Part shown: positions 9,604-21,096 of the stretch, in pieces | How positions within the stretch are numbered: the first letter of the stretch is position 1 | Layout: the number at the start of each line of letters is the position of its first letter | Source of the DNA: Scenedesmus sp. PABB004 | Lineage: Eukaryota | DNA length: 64,000 nt | Assembly (NCBI GenBank): GCA_014905635.1 | Contig: JABVCE010000005.1 | Location: 930,001 to 994,000, forward strand | Reading direction: 5' to 3' | Translations under genes and position numbers: made by a program | Notes under the pieces: model-generated | Told to the model about the DNA's origin: nothing | Database searches by the model: none | The model's input: the letters and a program-made list of their open reading frames with translations, nothing else

Positions 9604-11194
9604 ATGGCGCGCGCCGCCGTGGCCCTGGCCCTCCTGGTGGCCGCGGCGGCGGCCGGGTCGGCGAGCGCTTCCTACTGGAGGCCCCACGGCTGGTACAAGC
9701 GCCGCTGCTACGTGCCCGGCTGCGAGACCTGCGACGACTGGAACCCCGCCCGCTGCACCGCCTGCGCGGCCGGCTATGCTCCACTGGGCGACGGCACCTG
9801 CGGTGGGCGGACGCGGCTCCCCGCGCGCGCTGTTGGGCGGCGGGCAGCTGACGCCCGCGGGTTGGTCCCGCCCGTCGTCACCCCCCGCCGTTTCTCACCT
9901 CTCCACCATCGCTCACCCGCCCGCCGCAGGCTGCGCACCTGGCTACGGCTCCTGGGTGAGCCCCGCGTCCGGCGCCCTGCCGACCGCGCCGCCGACCTGC
10001 CCGAGCGTCAAGTGGCGGCGGTCGGCCAGCGCCGCGGGCGGCGCGGCCGCCACGACGGCCGCCGCGGCCGTGTCCTTTGGCGGCGCGGGCGCGGGCGCGG
10101 GCGCGGCGCACAGCGCGGCGTCGTGGTACTTCAACAAGCCGAGCTTCTGCCACCGGCGCTGGACGCCGACCCCCGACTGCCAGCCGCCGCCGACCTGCAG
10201 CCGGGCCGGGTTCTGCGAGTGCTTTGCCTGCCCCGCGGGCTTCAACTCTTCGGGCGGCGCGATCGCGCGCGCGGCGTGCGTCGGCACGGGCGCCAGCGGC
10301 CCCGGCACCGGCGGCGGCTCCACCGGCGGCGGCGGCTCCACCGGCGGCGGCTCCACCGGCGGCCACGGCAAGTGCGCGTCGTCGCCCCCCGCCGCGGCCA
10401 ACGCGCAGCCCTTCTCCAAGTGCCCCAAGCACGCCAAGGTCGGGCGGCGCTGCAGCGCCGCGTGCCGCGACGGCTTCAAGCCCGCCCCCGGCACCGGCGG
10501 CGTGGTCGCGACCTGCACCGCGCCCGGCGCCTGGGTCGTGACGGGCGCGTGCGTCCCCGCGGCCGGCCCCGCGTGCCCCGGCGCGCCGAGCGCGGGCGCC
10601 AACGCCGGCGCGTGGGACGCGCCCTGCGCCGACGCCGCGCTCGGCGCGACCTGCGCGGCCGCGTGCGCGCCGGGCTACGACGGCACGGTGTCGGCGACGT
10701 GCTCCGACGCGGGCTGGGCGGTGTCCAACACCTGCGCGGCCGCCGCGGCCGCGCAGTGCCCCGGCTCGCCCCCGGACGGCGCCTCGTACGTCCCCTTTGC
10801 CGGCTGCGCCGACGGCGCGGCCGACGACGTGTGCGACTCCACCTGCGCCGCCGGCTACGACGGCACAGTCGAGGCGGTCTGCGGCGCGGCCGGGTGGGAG
10901 GTCTACGACGACTGCCTCCCGACGGGCGGCGGCGGCGGCGACGTCGTGTGCCCCGGCCCGCCCCCGGCCGACCCGGCCGCGGGCGACTGGGCCGCCGGCG
11001 ACGGCGTGTGCGCCGACGGCGCCGACGGCGACGTGTGCTACGGCACGTGCGCCAACGGCAGCCCTGACGGCTACGCCGAGGCGTACTGCGCCGCGCCAGA
11101 CGGTTGGTACCTGGACGTCTTCTGCGACACCGGCGGCCGCCGCGCCGTGCGCGCGCCGCGCGCCGCGCGCCGCGCGCCGGCCGCGCAGCCCTGA
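9604..11194 (+). CDS. Secreted cysteine-rich protein with CxxC motifs and four ~55-aa six-Cys (sushi/CCP-like) repeats
   Basis: Signal peptide MARAAVALALLVAAAAAGSAS. Exons 9604-9802 and 9930-11194 (GT-AG). The repeats read C-P-G-x-P...C-x-D-G-A-x-x-D-V-C-x-x-T-C-A-x-G-Y-D-G-T-V-x-A-x-C...G-W-x-V...C. Confidence 0.8.
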
Positions 11195-11851
11195 CCGACC
11201 CGCGGGGCGGTGCAGTAGATATGCTACGTGCGAGAGCGACTCAGTCAGGGGGGAGCGCGGTGCGCAAACGAAACATGGGGCTGGCCGCGGCCAGCCCGCC
11301 GGTGGCGGGGCGCGCGCGCGCGCGCGTGCGCGGGGCGGCCACGCCACGCGCGGGCATCTCTCATTGGCATGGGGGCTCAGAACGCCACGCACTTGCACCC
11401 GCGCACGCAAACGTGAACGCGCACGGACGCGGCCCCGAGGCGGCGGCCGGCGGCGACGCACTGCACCTAGGTCTCGGCCCGCGCTCTGTGCTTGGCTTGG
11501 GCCTGGAACGGCCGGGGGCCGGCGGGTCATTCCACGCGCTGCGCGCGTGCAGGTTCTTTGCTGGCGCTGCGGCGCTGGCGCCGGCGGGGCACGAGGAGGG
11601 GCATGTGCAGGCAGCAGCACAGTCAGGTCAGGTGCACAGGCGGCAGCCAGGTCAGGTTCCTGGGTCAGGCGTCGCGCGCGCATTCGAGCCTAGCTAGCTA
11701 GGTAGCTAGCTCGCGTTGAAGTAGTAAGCAGCAGGCAAGGCAGGTCAGGTGAGAACCAACGGCGGCATGTGAGCGGCGCGAGTAACAGTTCACCGCCGCA
11801 CAAGACCTCGCCCCGCACGCCCGCACGCCCGCACAGGCCGCGCCCTGCCGC

Positions 11852-13299
11852 TCACTTGCCGCGCCACAGCGCCGCCTTGTAGTACTGCAGCTCCCGCAGG
11901 CTCTCCTTGATGTCGCTCAGCGCGGTGTGCGCGCCGACCTTGCGCGGCGCCTTGCGCGACACGCTCGGCCGCCACCGTCTGCGAGCCGACGCGGCGCGGC
12001 GCCGCCGCGTGGGGCTCGCGTCCGCCGCGCCCGCACCCGCGCGCCCGCCGCCCGCCGCCCGCGCGCCCGCGCGCCCGCGCCCCCGCGCGCGCCGCACCGT
12101 GTGCACTCCTTGATGCTGCTGACGTCGATGATGCGGTAGTGCAGGTGGGCGAGCAGCGCCGGCATGTGGCGCTGCAGGAACGCGCGGTCGACGTGCACGC
12201 TGTTGCCCGCGAGCTGCGCCGCGCCAAACTCGGTGTGCTCCGCCACAAACGCGAGCACCGCCGCCTCGGCCTCCGCCAGGCCGACGCTGCTCGCGCGCAC
12301 GCGGTCCACGAGGCCGCTCTTGGCATGGTGCTCCTGCGCCGCGGCGGCCGCGCGCGGGCGGGCGCCCTCGCATCGACACCGCGCGGCCGTGCGCCGCCCG
12401 CCTGCCCGCGCCGTCGGCTGCGGCCGCCCCCGCCCCCTTCAACCGCGCCCACCTGGCACCATGCATTCATGCCTGCCAGCACCGACTCGGGGTGGTAGAT
12501 CGCGATGTTGGGCCCCTGCCGCGCCGGCGGCGGCGGCGGCGGCGGCACGCTGTGTGGGGCAGCAGCCGCGCGGCGCCGGCGCCGGCGCGCGGGCCTGGCG
12601 ACGGCGGACGCGGGCGCGGCGGGCGCGGACGCGGCGCCGCCGCACCTCCACCACCTGGCGCAGGTCGCCGTCGGTGACGAGGACGGCGATCTCAATGATG
12701 GTGTCCTTGTCCAGATCCAGCCCTGCGCGGCGCCAGGGCGGCCGGCAGCTCGCGGGCCGCGCGCGGGCGCGGGCGCGCGGGCGGGCGGCGCAAGCAAACG
12801 GCCGCGCCCCGCCGCGCCGCGCGCGGGCGCCGCACCGGTCATCTCCAGGTCGATCCACACCAGCGGCTCCTTCAGCTTTGGCCGGCTGGGCTTGGGCCGC
12901 AGCGCCGCGTCCGCCCCCGCGCCTGCGGGCCCTGCTGCCGCCGTGACCGCCGGCGCTCCTGCGCCGGCGCCGCCGCCGCCGCCGCCGCTGCTGCCGCCGC
13001 CCTGCTTCTCGCCGCCGGCGCCCGCAGCCGTGCTGCTGCTGGCGCCGCCGCTGCTGCTGCTGGCAGCGCCAGCAGCAGCTGCCACCACCCGCGCCGGCTT
13101 GGCGCCCGCCCTGCGCGGTGGCAGGCGGCGGCGGTGAGGCGCGGCGCCGCGCCTCGAAAAACACAGCGGCGTCACCGGCGCGGCGGCGGCGGCCCCACCG
13201 CAGCGCGCCCGCGCCCGTGGCCGCCGAGGGGCTGCCCGCAGGGCTGCCGTCGTCGCCGGCCAGGCCCAGCAGGGCGGCAAAGTAGTTCCTGCCGGCCAT
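11852..13299 (-). CDS. ORN: Oligoribonuclease (DEDDh 3'-5' exonuclease, ORN/REXO2 family)
   Basis: Spliced motifs PLVWIDLEMTG|LDLDKDTIIEIAVLVTDGDL, MNAWCQ|EHHAKSGL, LAGNSVHVDRAFLQRHMP, LHYRIIDVSSIKE and HTALSDIKESLRELQYYK. An in-frame upstream ATG at 13422 could add a targeting peptide. Confidence 0.95.
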
Positions 13300-13790
13300 C
13301 GCTGTCGGCGCGGCAGCTCCGGCGCGAGGCGCGGCAGCAGCAGCTGGCGCGCGCGGCCGCGTGGGGCTGCCGGCGGCCGCGGCGGCTGGCCCGGCAGCAG
13401 CGCCAGGGACGGCCGCTCTCATGCGACGAGCGCGGCAGGCAGGCCGCGCAGGCGCCTGCCTGCCTGCAGCCGCCGCGTGAGCGCGCGGTGCTGCGCTGTT
13501 CGGTTGGCGCGGCCGTGCGCGCGGCGGACGGCGCGTGACGGGGCGCGCGGGGCGGCGGGTCGAGAGAACGCAGTGAGGCACCTCGGGGCGGGCGTGGCTT
13601 TTGAATCCAACCATCGACAGCGCCGCGGTTCTACGAAGCGTCGCTCGCAGCTTCACTGTTGCGGCCGCCGCAGCGCAGCCGCAGAGCTGCCCTCCGATCG
13701 CTGATCGCCCTCGCTCCCCCGCCCTCCACGCCACGCGCAGGCGCGCGCGCGTGCGGCTCGCAGCAGCAGCAGCGGGGCCGCCGCTGCGCG

Positions 13791-14098
13791 ATGGCGGCGG
13801 CGATCGAGCCGTCCCACTTTGACGCCGTGGCGGTCACGTCGGGCCTGCCGGAGCTGCTGATTGCCAGGTGCGGCAGCGGCGGGCCGCGTACGCGCCCGCC
13901 GGCGCCGCTGCTCACCCGCGCGCCGCCTGCCCCGGGGCGCCGCGCAGCGCGCTCGCGCGCGCGGGGCGCTCGGTGCTGGTGCTGGACGCGTCCGACAGCT
14001 ACGGCGGGTCCTGGGCGGCGCTGGCGGGGCCCGACTTTGCGCACGCGCTGCTCAACGCCGCGCTGGCGCCCGAGGCGGCGCCGGCGCAGGCGGGGGGC

Positions 14099-14138
<40 letters not shown>

Positions 14139-16047
14139 CGGGCGCGCGCACAGTGCTGGCGCCGCCGGCGCCGCTGGCGGCCGCGCGGGGCGCCGCGCTG
14201 TACGCGCGCCCGGGCGCCTCGTTCGACGCGCCGGGCGGCGGCGGCCGCCGCGGGGGACTCATCGTCGACCTCGCACCAAAGGCGCGGCGCGGCGCGCCCG
14301 CCGCCGCCGGCACGCTGCTGCGCACGGCGCGCGCCCCGGCCGCGCGCCGCCGCGCGCCCACCGCCGCGCGCGCCCGGCCGGTCGCGCGGCTCGCGTACCA
14401 GGCGCTGTACCAGGGCGAGGCCCTGGTGGCGCTGCTGGTCGCGGCGGGGGCGCAGCACTACCTGGAGTTCAGGCTCATAGAGGGCAGGTGCGCGCCGGCA
14501 GGGGCCGGCTGCCGGTCGGGGCGGGCGGGTGAGGGAGGCTTGGGAGGCTTGCCGCCATGCCGCGCCTGGGGCTCCGGAGCCAGCAGCGGCCGCCCCACGC
14601 ACCAACCCACGCCCCAACCGCCGCCACCGGTGGCGCCGGCGCAGCTACATCCACCTGGGCGGCCGGCTGCGCCCCGTGCCGGCGTCGCGGGCGGAGCTCT
14701 TTGCTGACCGGGCCCTGGGCCTGCAGGACAAGCGGGCGATGGGGCGCTTCCTGGCGGCCGTCGCGGACGCAGCGCAGGGCACGGGCCGGCTGCAGGTGCG
14801 GCGTGCCGCCGCGGGAGGACGGGCCGGGCTGCTGGCCGCCGGCTGCGGCGCCCTGGCCGCCGACCGGCCGCGCCGCCGCCGCCGCAGGGCGCGTTTGACG
14901 GCCGGCCGCTCGCGGCGCTGCTGGCGGAGGAGGGCCTGAGCGAGGAGCTCCAGGCGGCGGTGCTGTACGGCATCGCCATGGCTGACCTGCCGCAGCAGCT
15001 CACCGCGCCGGGCGAGCCGGCGCAGCCGCCGCAGCCGGGCGCGGCGCCGCCGCGGCAGCAGGCCGCGGCCGAGCTCACCGCCGCGGACGGCCTCGCGGCA
15101 CTGCAGCTGCACGGCGCGTCGCTCGGCCGCTACGGCGGGCGCGGCGCCCTCATGGCGCCCTGCTACGGCTGCGGCTCGCTGCCAGAGGCGTTTGTGCGCC
15201 TGGCCGCCGTCAAGGGCGCGGTCACGGCGCTGCGGCACGGCGCGCGCGAGCTGCTGGTGCGCGCAGGCGGCGGCGGCGGCGGCGAGGGCGCTGCCGCGGC
15301 GGAGGCAGCGGCGGCCGCGGGCGGCGCGCCGAGCAGCGGCGGTGCGGACGCGGGGGCGGCCAAGGCGGCCGCGCTGGCGGCGGCAACGGAGGCTGCGCGC
15401 GTGCACGTGGCGCTGTCGACGGGGCAAACGCTGACGGCCGACCTGGTGCTGGCGTGCAGCGAGGCCTCGCTGACGCGAGGCCCCAGCGGTGCTGGCGGCA
15501 GCGGCGGCGGCGGCGACGACGACGGCGGTGAGCCCGCCGCGGCGCTCGCGGGGCACGCCGTGGCGCGGGGCGTCGCGGTGCTGGACGGCAGCGTGGTCCC
15601 GGGCGACGGCTCGCTGCTGCTGGCCTTCCCGCCGCGCGCGCTGGGGCCGCAGCAGGCGGCCGTCGTGCGGGGGCTGCAGCTGGGACCTGGCATGGGCGTC
15701 ACGCCGCCGGGGCAGCACCTGCTGTACCTCTCCGCGGTGCTGCCGGGCGGCGTCGCCGGCGGTGTCAGCGCCAGCGCCGAGGCAGTGCTGCGGCCGGCGC
15801 TGGAGGCGCTGGCGGCCACGGGCGGCCTGCGGGCGGCAGGCCTCCCCGGCGACGACGGCAACGGGGCGCCGGAGCGCGGCGCTGCGCCGGCGGCCGCGGC
15901 AGAGGCCGCGGCGCCGGGCAGCGGCGCCCTGCAGGCGGAGCAGGAGCAGCCGTCGCGCACGGGGCCGCCGCGGCCGCAGGTGCTGGCGGCGTGCTTCTAC
16001 ATGACGCAGGCGCCCCGCCAGCAGTGGACGCCGCAGTGGCCGCCGCA

Positions 16048-16083
<36 letters not shown>

Positions 16084-16429
16084 GGAGCAGAAGCAGGAGC
16101 AGCAGGAGCAGCAGCAAGGGCAGCAGGGACAGCAGCCGCCCGCGGTGCTGTGGTGCCCCGCCGCGCCGCCCGGCTTTGCCGGCTACGGCCGCGTCGTGGA
16201 GGCGGCGGAGGCTGCCTTCCGGCGCCACTTCCCGGGCCTGCCCTGGCTCACGGATGCGCTGCCGGCGCAGCCCGCGCCCGGCGGCGACGACGGCGGGGGC
16301 GGCGCCGCCCCGGGGGCCGACGCCGGCGGCGGCGTGCTGGAGGAGGGCGAGGTGGACGCGATCGACGAGCTCACCGCCGCGCTCGCGGAGCTCGCCGACT
16401 GCACGCCCGGGCCGGTGGCGGCGCACTGA
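13791..16429 (+). CDS. REP: Rab escort protein (Rab geranylgeranyltransferase component A; GDI/REP family)
   Basis: IEPSHFDAVAVTSGLPELLIA|SALARAGRSVLVLDASDSYGG, IVDLAPK, HYLEF, PVPASRAELFADRALGLQDKRAMGRFL, SLGRYG..LMAPCYGCGSLPEAFVRLAAVKGA; four introns. Confidence 0.88.
14102..14137 (+). repeat. (CAG)12 encoding polyQ in REP
   Basis: Direct read. Confidence 0.9.
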
Positions 16430-16560
16430 GCGTCGCGGCGCGTGCGCCGGGGTTTGCCTCGGTTAACGGGCCCGCACGCGCTCGCCCGCGCGGCGTCAAT
16501 CTCTGCAGAGCAGCCGGGGCACAGGCACCCGGCGCGATCCTGCTGCCTGGTCCTGCAAAT

Positions 16561-16561
<1 letters not shown>

Positions 16562-16597
<36 letters not shown>
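16562..16597. repeat. (CCTG)9 microsatellite between the convergent REP and OGDH 3' ends
   Basis: Direct read. Confidence 0.9.
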
Positions 16598-16667
16598 CGT
16601 CTGCATCTGCGCTTGCGTCTGCGCCTGTGCCTGCACCGCGTTGCCGCCACGGCGCGCCTCGCCTCGC

Positions 16668-19600
16668 CTAGGCCACGTCCACATCGCCGCCGCCGCCGCC
16701 GCCCAGCAGCGCGGCCTCGATGATGTCAGCCGTCTCCTTCTGGTGGATCGCAAACGACGCGGTCGCGGGCGACGCCGCCGCCGCGCGGCCGACGTAGCGC
16801 ACCGCCCACTCGCGCCGCGCGCCGCCGCGCTCGTCGTCGCTCCCGCCGCCGCTCCCGCCGCCGTCGCCCGCCTCGCCGCAGTGGCGCAGCGCGGTGGCCA
16901 GGCGCGGCTGCACGTAGCCTGCGGGCGGGTGGGCGGGCGCGCGCTCGGCCGCGTGCGCGCGCGCGGACTTTGCGCAGCGCGCGCCGCCGCCGCCGCCGGC
17001 CGCACCCCAGGCGCCCATGTTCTTTGGCTCCTCCTGGCACCACACCAGCTCTGCGCCGCTGTACTGCGTGACCACGCGCATCAGCAGGTCGTGCGGGAAG
17101 GGGCTGACCTGCTCCAGCCGCACCAGCACCACGTCGCGCAGCCGCCGCGCGCGCCGCGCCCTGCGCGACGGCGTCGCGGGGCGCGCGGCGTCGGCGCGGG
17201 CGGCGCGCGCGCGCGGAACCGCCGCCGCCCGTGTTCGCGCAAGACCCTCCGCACACAAAACCATCGTCAGCACAAAACCCTCGCCGCCGCACCGCGAGAG
17301 CTGGTAGTAGACCTGCCCGCTGCAGAGCACGACGCGCCGGATGGCGGCCGGGGGCGCGAGGAAGGGCTGCCGCGTGTCCGGGTGCGCCCCGCGGTGGCGC
17401 GTGTTGTCCGAGGCCTTGCCGTCGTCGATGACGCGGTTGAAGAAGCACCCGACAGTCAGGTCGCGCAGCGCGCTGCTCGCGGGGCGGTGGTGCAGCAGGT
17501 ACCTGCGCACCACGGCGCGGCGCGGCGGCGGCGCGGCGCGGCGGCGGCGCGGCGGCGGGGGGGGGGGGGGGGGGGAGGGAGGGCGGCTCGGCGGCGGCGG
17601 CGCGCGGTGCGCGGTGTGCGACGGGCCGGTGCGCGGCGCGCCCCGGCGCGCGCCGGCGGGAGCTGTGTGTCGCTAGCACCGGCTGGCGCTTCACCGCGGC
17701 GGCGCACTTTGGCGTGAAGAGCACAAGCGGCTTCTTGTGGGGGAGGTTGACCTGGCGGCGCAGGAGGTGGAAGTACTGCGCAGGCGTGGTCGCGTTGACG
17801 ACGCAGAGGTTGGCGTCGCGCTCCGCGTGGCGGCGCATGTACTGCAGCATGAACCTGCGGGGTGAGTAAGGTGAGGTGAGGTGAGTGAGGTGAGTGAGGT
17901 GAGCGAGGTGTGAGGCAGGCGGGCGGGCGAGGAGCGCGCGCCGGCGTCGCTCGGGGGCCCGGGGCGCAGCGGCGCCGGAGCGGCGGGGCAAGGCGGCCGC
18001 GCCGGCGGCGGCGCGCGCACCGCTCCCAGCCGGCGCGCGTGAGCGCCTGGCCCTCCGGCACGCCCATCTCCTCCCACAGCAGCTCCGCGAGCTCCGCGTC
18101 GTGCGCGTCCCGCGCGGCGCACGCGGCGCCGCCGCGCGCGCGGCCGAGGCCGAGCGACGTCAGCAGCTCCAGCACCTGCGCCCTGCGGGCGGGCAGGGCG
18201 GGCGGGGGTGGGGGCGCCGCGTGGCTGCCTCCGCGCAGGGTCAGCGCGGCCACGCTGCGCCGCCGCCGCCGCCGCCGCCGCCGCTGCGCTCACTTGTAGA
18301 CCTTGCCTCCGGCCTCCTTTCGGATGGCCTCAAACGTCGCGGCCATCATCGCGCGGTGCGCGGGGCTGCGCCCCGGCAGCGTGTCGGGGTCGTCCTTGGC
18401 GAGCTGCAGCCAGCGCTCGATGCGCGCGCTGCTGTGGTCGGGGCCCTGCCCGTCGTAGCCGTGCGGCAGCAGCAGCACCAGCCCGCTTGTCTGGCCCCAC
18501 TTCTCCTCGCCCGAGGCGATGAACTGGTCGACCATCACCTGCCGCGACGCGAGCGCCAGTGGCGGCGGCAGCGGCAGGGCGTGCGCGGGTGAGGCCCCCG
18601 GCCACCCATCAGACGCGCGGCGGCGTGGCCGTCAGCTCCCAGCAGGTGCTGCTGCGCCGGTCGCCGGGAGCTGCACCCTCGGCGCCCGGCGCCGCAGCGC
18701 CCGGCGCCGCAGCGCCCGGCGCCGCAGCGCCCCGCGCCCCACGCCCCGCGCCCCGCCCCGCGCCCCCCCCCCCCCCCCTGGGCGCACCTGGGCGCTGTTT
18801 GCAAAGTCGCCAAACTGCGCCTCCCACGCGACGAGCGCGCGGTCGCGCGCGCCCAGGGAGTAGCCGTACTCAAACCCCAGCACCGCCGCCTCGTTCAGGG
18901 GGCTGTTCCACACCTCAAACACGTCCTGACGCCCCGGCTTCACGCCGTTCAGCAGCACCAGCCGCTCCGCTGTGTGCGTGTGTGAGAGCGCGCGCGGCGG
19001 CGGCGGGCGCTCGCTCGCATGCGCCGCGCGCGCGCGGCGCGCAGCCGACGCGCGCAGCCGACGCGCGCGCGGCGCCCCCGCCGGCGCCGCACCCACCCGT
19101 GGTCTGGTCCCAGAGCACCGCGTGGCGCTGCCCAAACGTGCCGCGCTCGACGTCCTGCCCCGTGAGCCGCACGTCGTAGTGCCCCGTGTTGAGGCCCCAC
19201 CCCAGCGGCGCGGCGGAGGGGTCGTCCAGGAAGGGGTGCGGCGTGTCGGGGGCCTTGTCCCTGGCGGCGGGGGTGACATGAAGAGGCGGGTGGCGGGTGT
19301 GGGTGTGGGTGTGGGTGTTGATCGAGGCGGCGTGGCGGCAGCGCGACAGCAATGCAGCGTGTGCTGGCAGCCTGGCGCGGGCAGGCGGGCGCGGGCAGCC
19401 TGGCGCGCCTGTGCAGCAGCAGCGTGCCGACCGCGAGCGCCTCGGCCATCGCCCAGTCTACGCGCGAGTCGGGCCCCGCGACCATCTCCCGCCGCGCCGC
19501 CAGCAGCGCGACAACCTGGCAGCAGCGGCGGGGCGGGCGGCGGGGAGGGCGTGATGGGCGGAGCGGCGGCGGGGCTGCGCGGCAGCAGGCGGCGGCGCGG

Positions 19601-21053
19601 GCTCACGTCTGGGTGGGCGTCAAAGCCCGGCGGCGTGGCGCAGATGGCCTGGCCCACGCGCTGCAGCGTGGTCAGCGGCAGCCCGGTCGGCTCCTGCGTG
19701 GGGTCGCCCTGCGCGAGCGCCTTGGACACCGACTGCGCGGCCGGCGACGGCGACGGCGGCGCGGCGCAGGGCGTCGCGCTCAGGCGCGCGCCGCCGCGCG
19801 AGCGCGGCCGCCGCGAGCGCGCGCCGCGAGCGCACCGCGAGCGCGTCGCCCTGCCAGCTGCTGATGAGGAACTGCGCCGCGCTCTCCTTGTACCGCCCCG
19901 CCTGCGCCGCCGCCCACTGCGCCTCGGCCGCGGCCGCCCAGCTGCTGCGCCACCGCGCAAGCTCCGCGCCGCTCACGACGCCCTCCTCCTGCGCGCGCGC
20001 GCGCGAGAGCGGTGGGCGTCTGGCGGCGTGCGCCGCAAGGGCTGCTGCGCCGGCCGCCGCGCAGCCCTGCGCCGCGCCGCGCCGCGCCGCGCCTGGAGCT
20101 GCTTGCTGTAGGTCTCCAGCACGGTCGGGTGGCGTTCGATGAGCGCGTACGACAGCGGCAGCGTCACGCGCGGGTCGTCCTGCGCCGCCGCGGCGCGCGG
20201 GCGCGCGGCGCGCGGCGGGTGACCGGCGCGCGGCGGGCGCGCGGGGCGACGCCGCAGGCGAGCGGCGCCACGCCATGGGGGGGGGCATGTGGCCGCGCCT
20301 GCTCGTTGTGGCCGTTGCGTCGGTAGCCCACGATGTCGACCACCACGTCCTTGTGCCACCTGACGCGGCGCGCCGCGCGGGGCGGGCGCGCGGGGGCTCG
20401 GACCGCGGCGCCCGACGGCAGGGGGGGGGGCACCGCCGCAGGACGGGGCCGCGCCCGCGCCCGCGGCGCCCGCACCGCGCGCGCCACTCGGCGGCCATGA
20501 CCATCGCCGCGACGACGGCCTCGGGGTCGTCCGCGTTGGCGTGCAGGATGGGGCCGCCGATGACCTTCAGCACGTCGCTGGGGTGCGGGCTGCTGCGCCC
20601 GTGGCGGGGCATCGTCGTGAACCCCACCTGGGGGTGAGAGCACAGCAGGCGGCGGCACAGCGAGCGGCGGCGGCAGGGTGAGCGGCGCGCGCACCCGAGG
20701 CGAGGCGAGGCGAGCGCACGGCGGCGCGGCGCGGCGCGGCGAGGCGGCGCGAGGCGGCGCGCGCGGCCAGGCGGTGCGAGCGGGGTGGGCGCGGGGAGGC
20801 GGTGCAGGGGGCGCGCGCCTGGTTGTTGATGATGACGTGAACGCTGCCGCCCACGGTGTAGCCGGGGAGGTCGGCGAGCTGCAGGCTCTCCAGCACGACG
20901 CCGAGCCCCGCAAACGCGGCGTCGCCGTGCACGTGCAGCGGCATCACGCGCGCCCACGCCTCGGCCGCGCTGCCGACCGCGCCGGCGCGCGTGAGCGCGG
21001 TCTGCTCCGCGCGCACCATGCCCAGCACGACCGGGCTCACCGCCTGCGCGGAC

Positions 21054-21096
<43 letters not shown>

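Noticed and set aside
11689..11711. (CTAG)n tracts (also ~5296, ~42174, ~42567) as Helitron 3' ends
   Set aside because: These are simple repeats in 3'UTR-like regions, with no subterminal hairpin pattern or Rep/helicase remnants.
19861..19873. ctgatgaggaact resembling a hammerhead core (CUGAUGA)
   Set aside because: It is antisense to an OGDH exon (QFLISS), with no matching GAAA or flanking stems.
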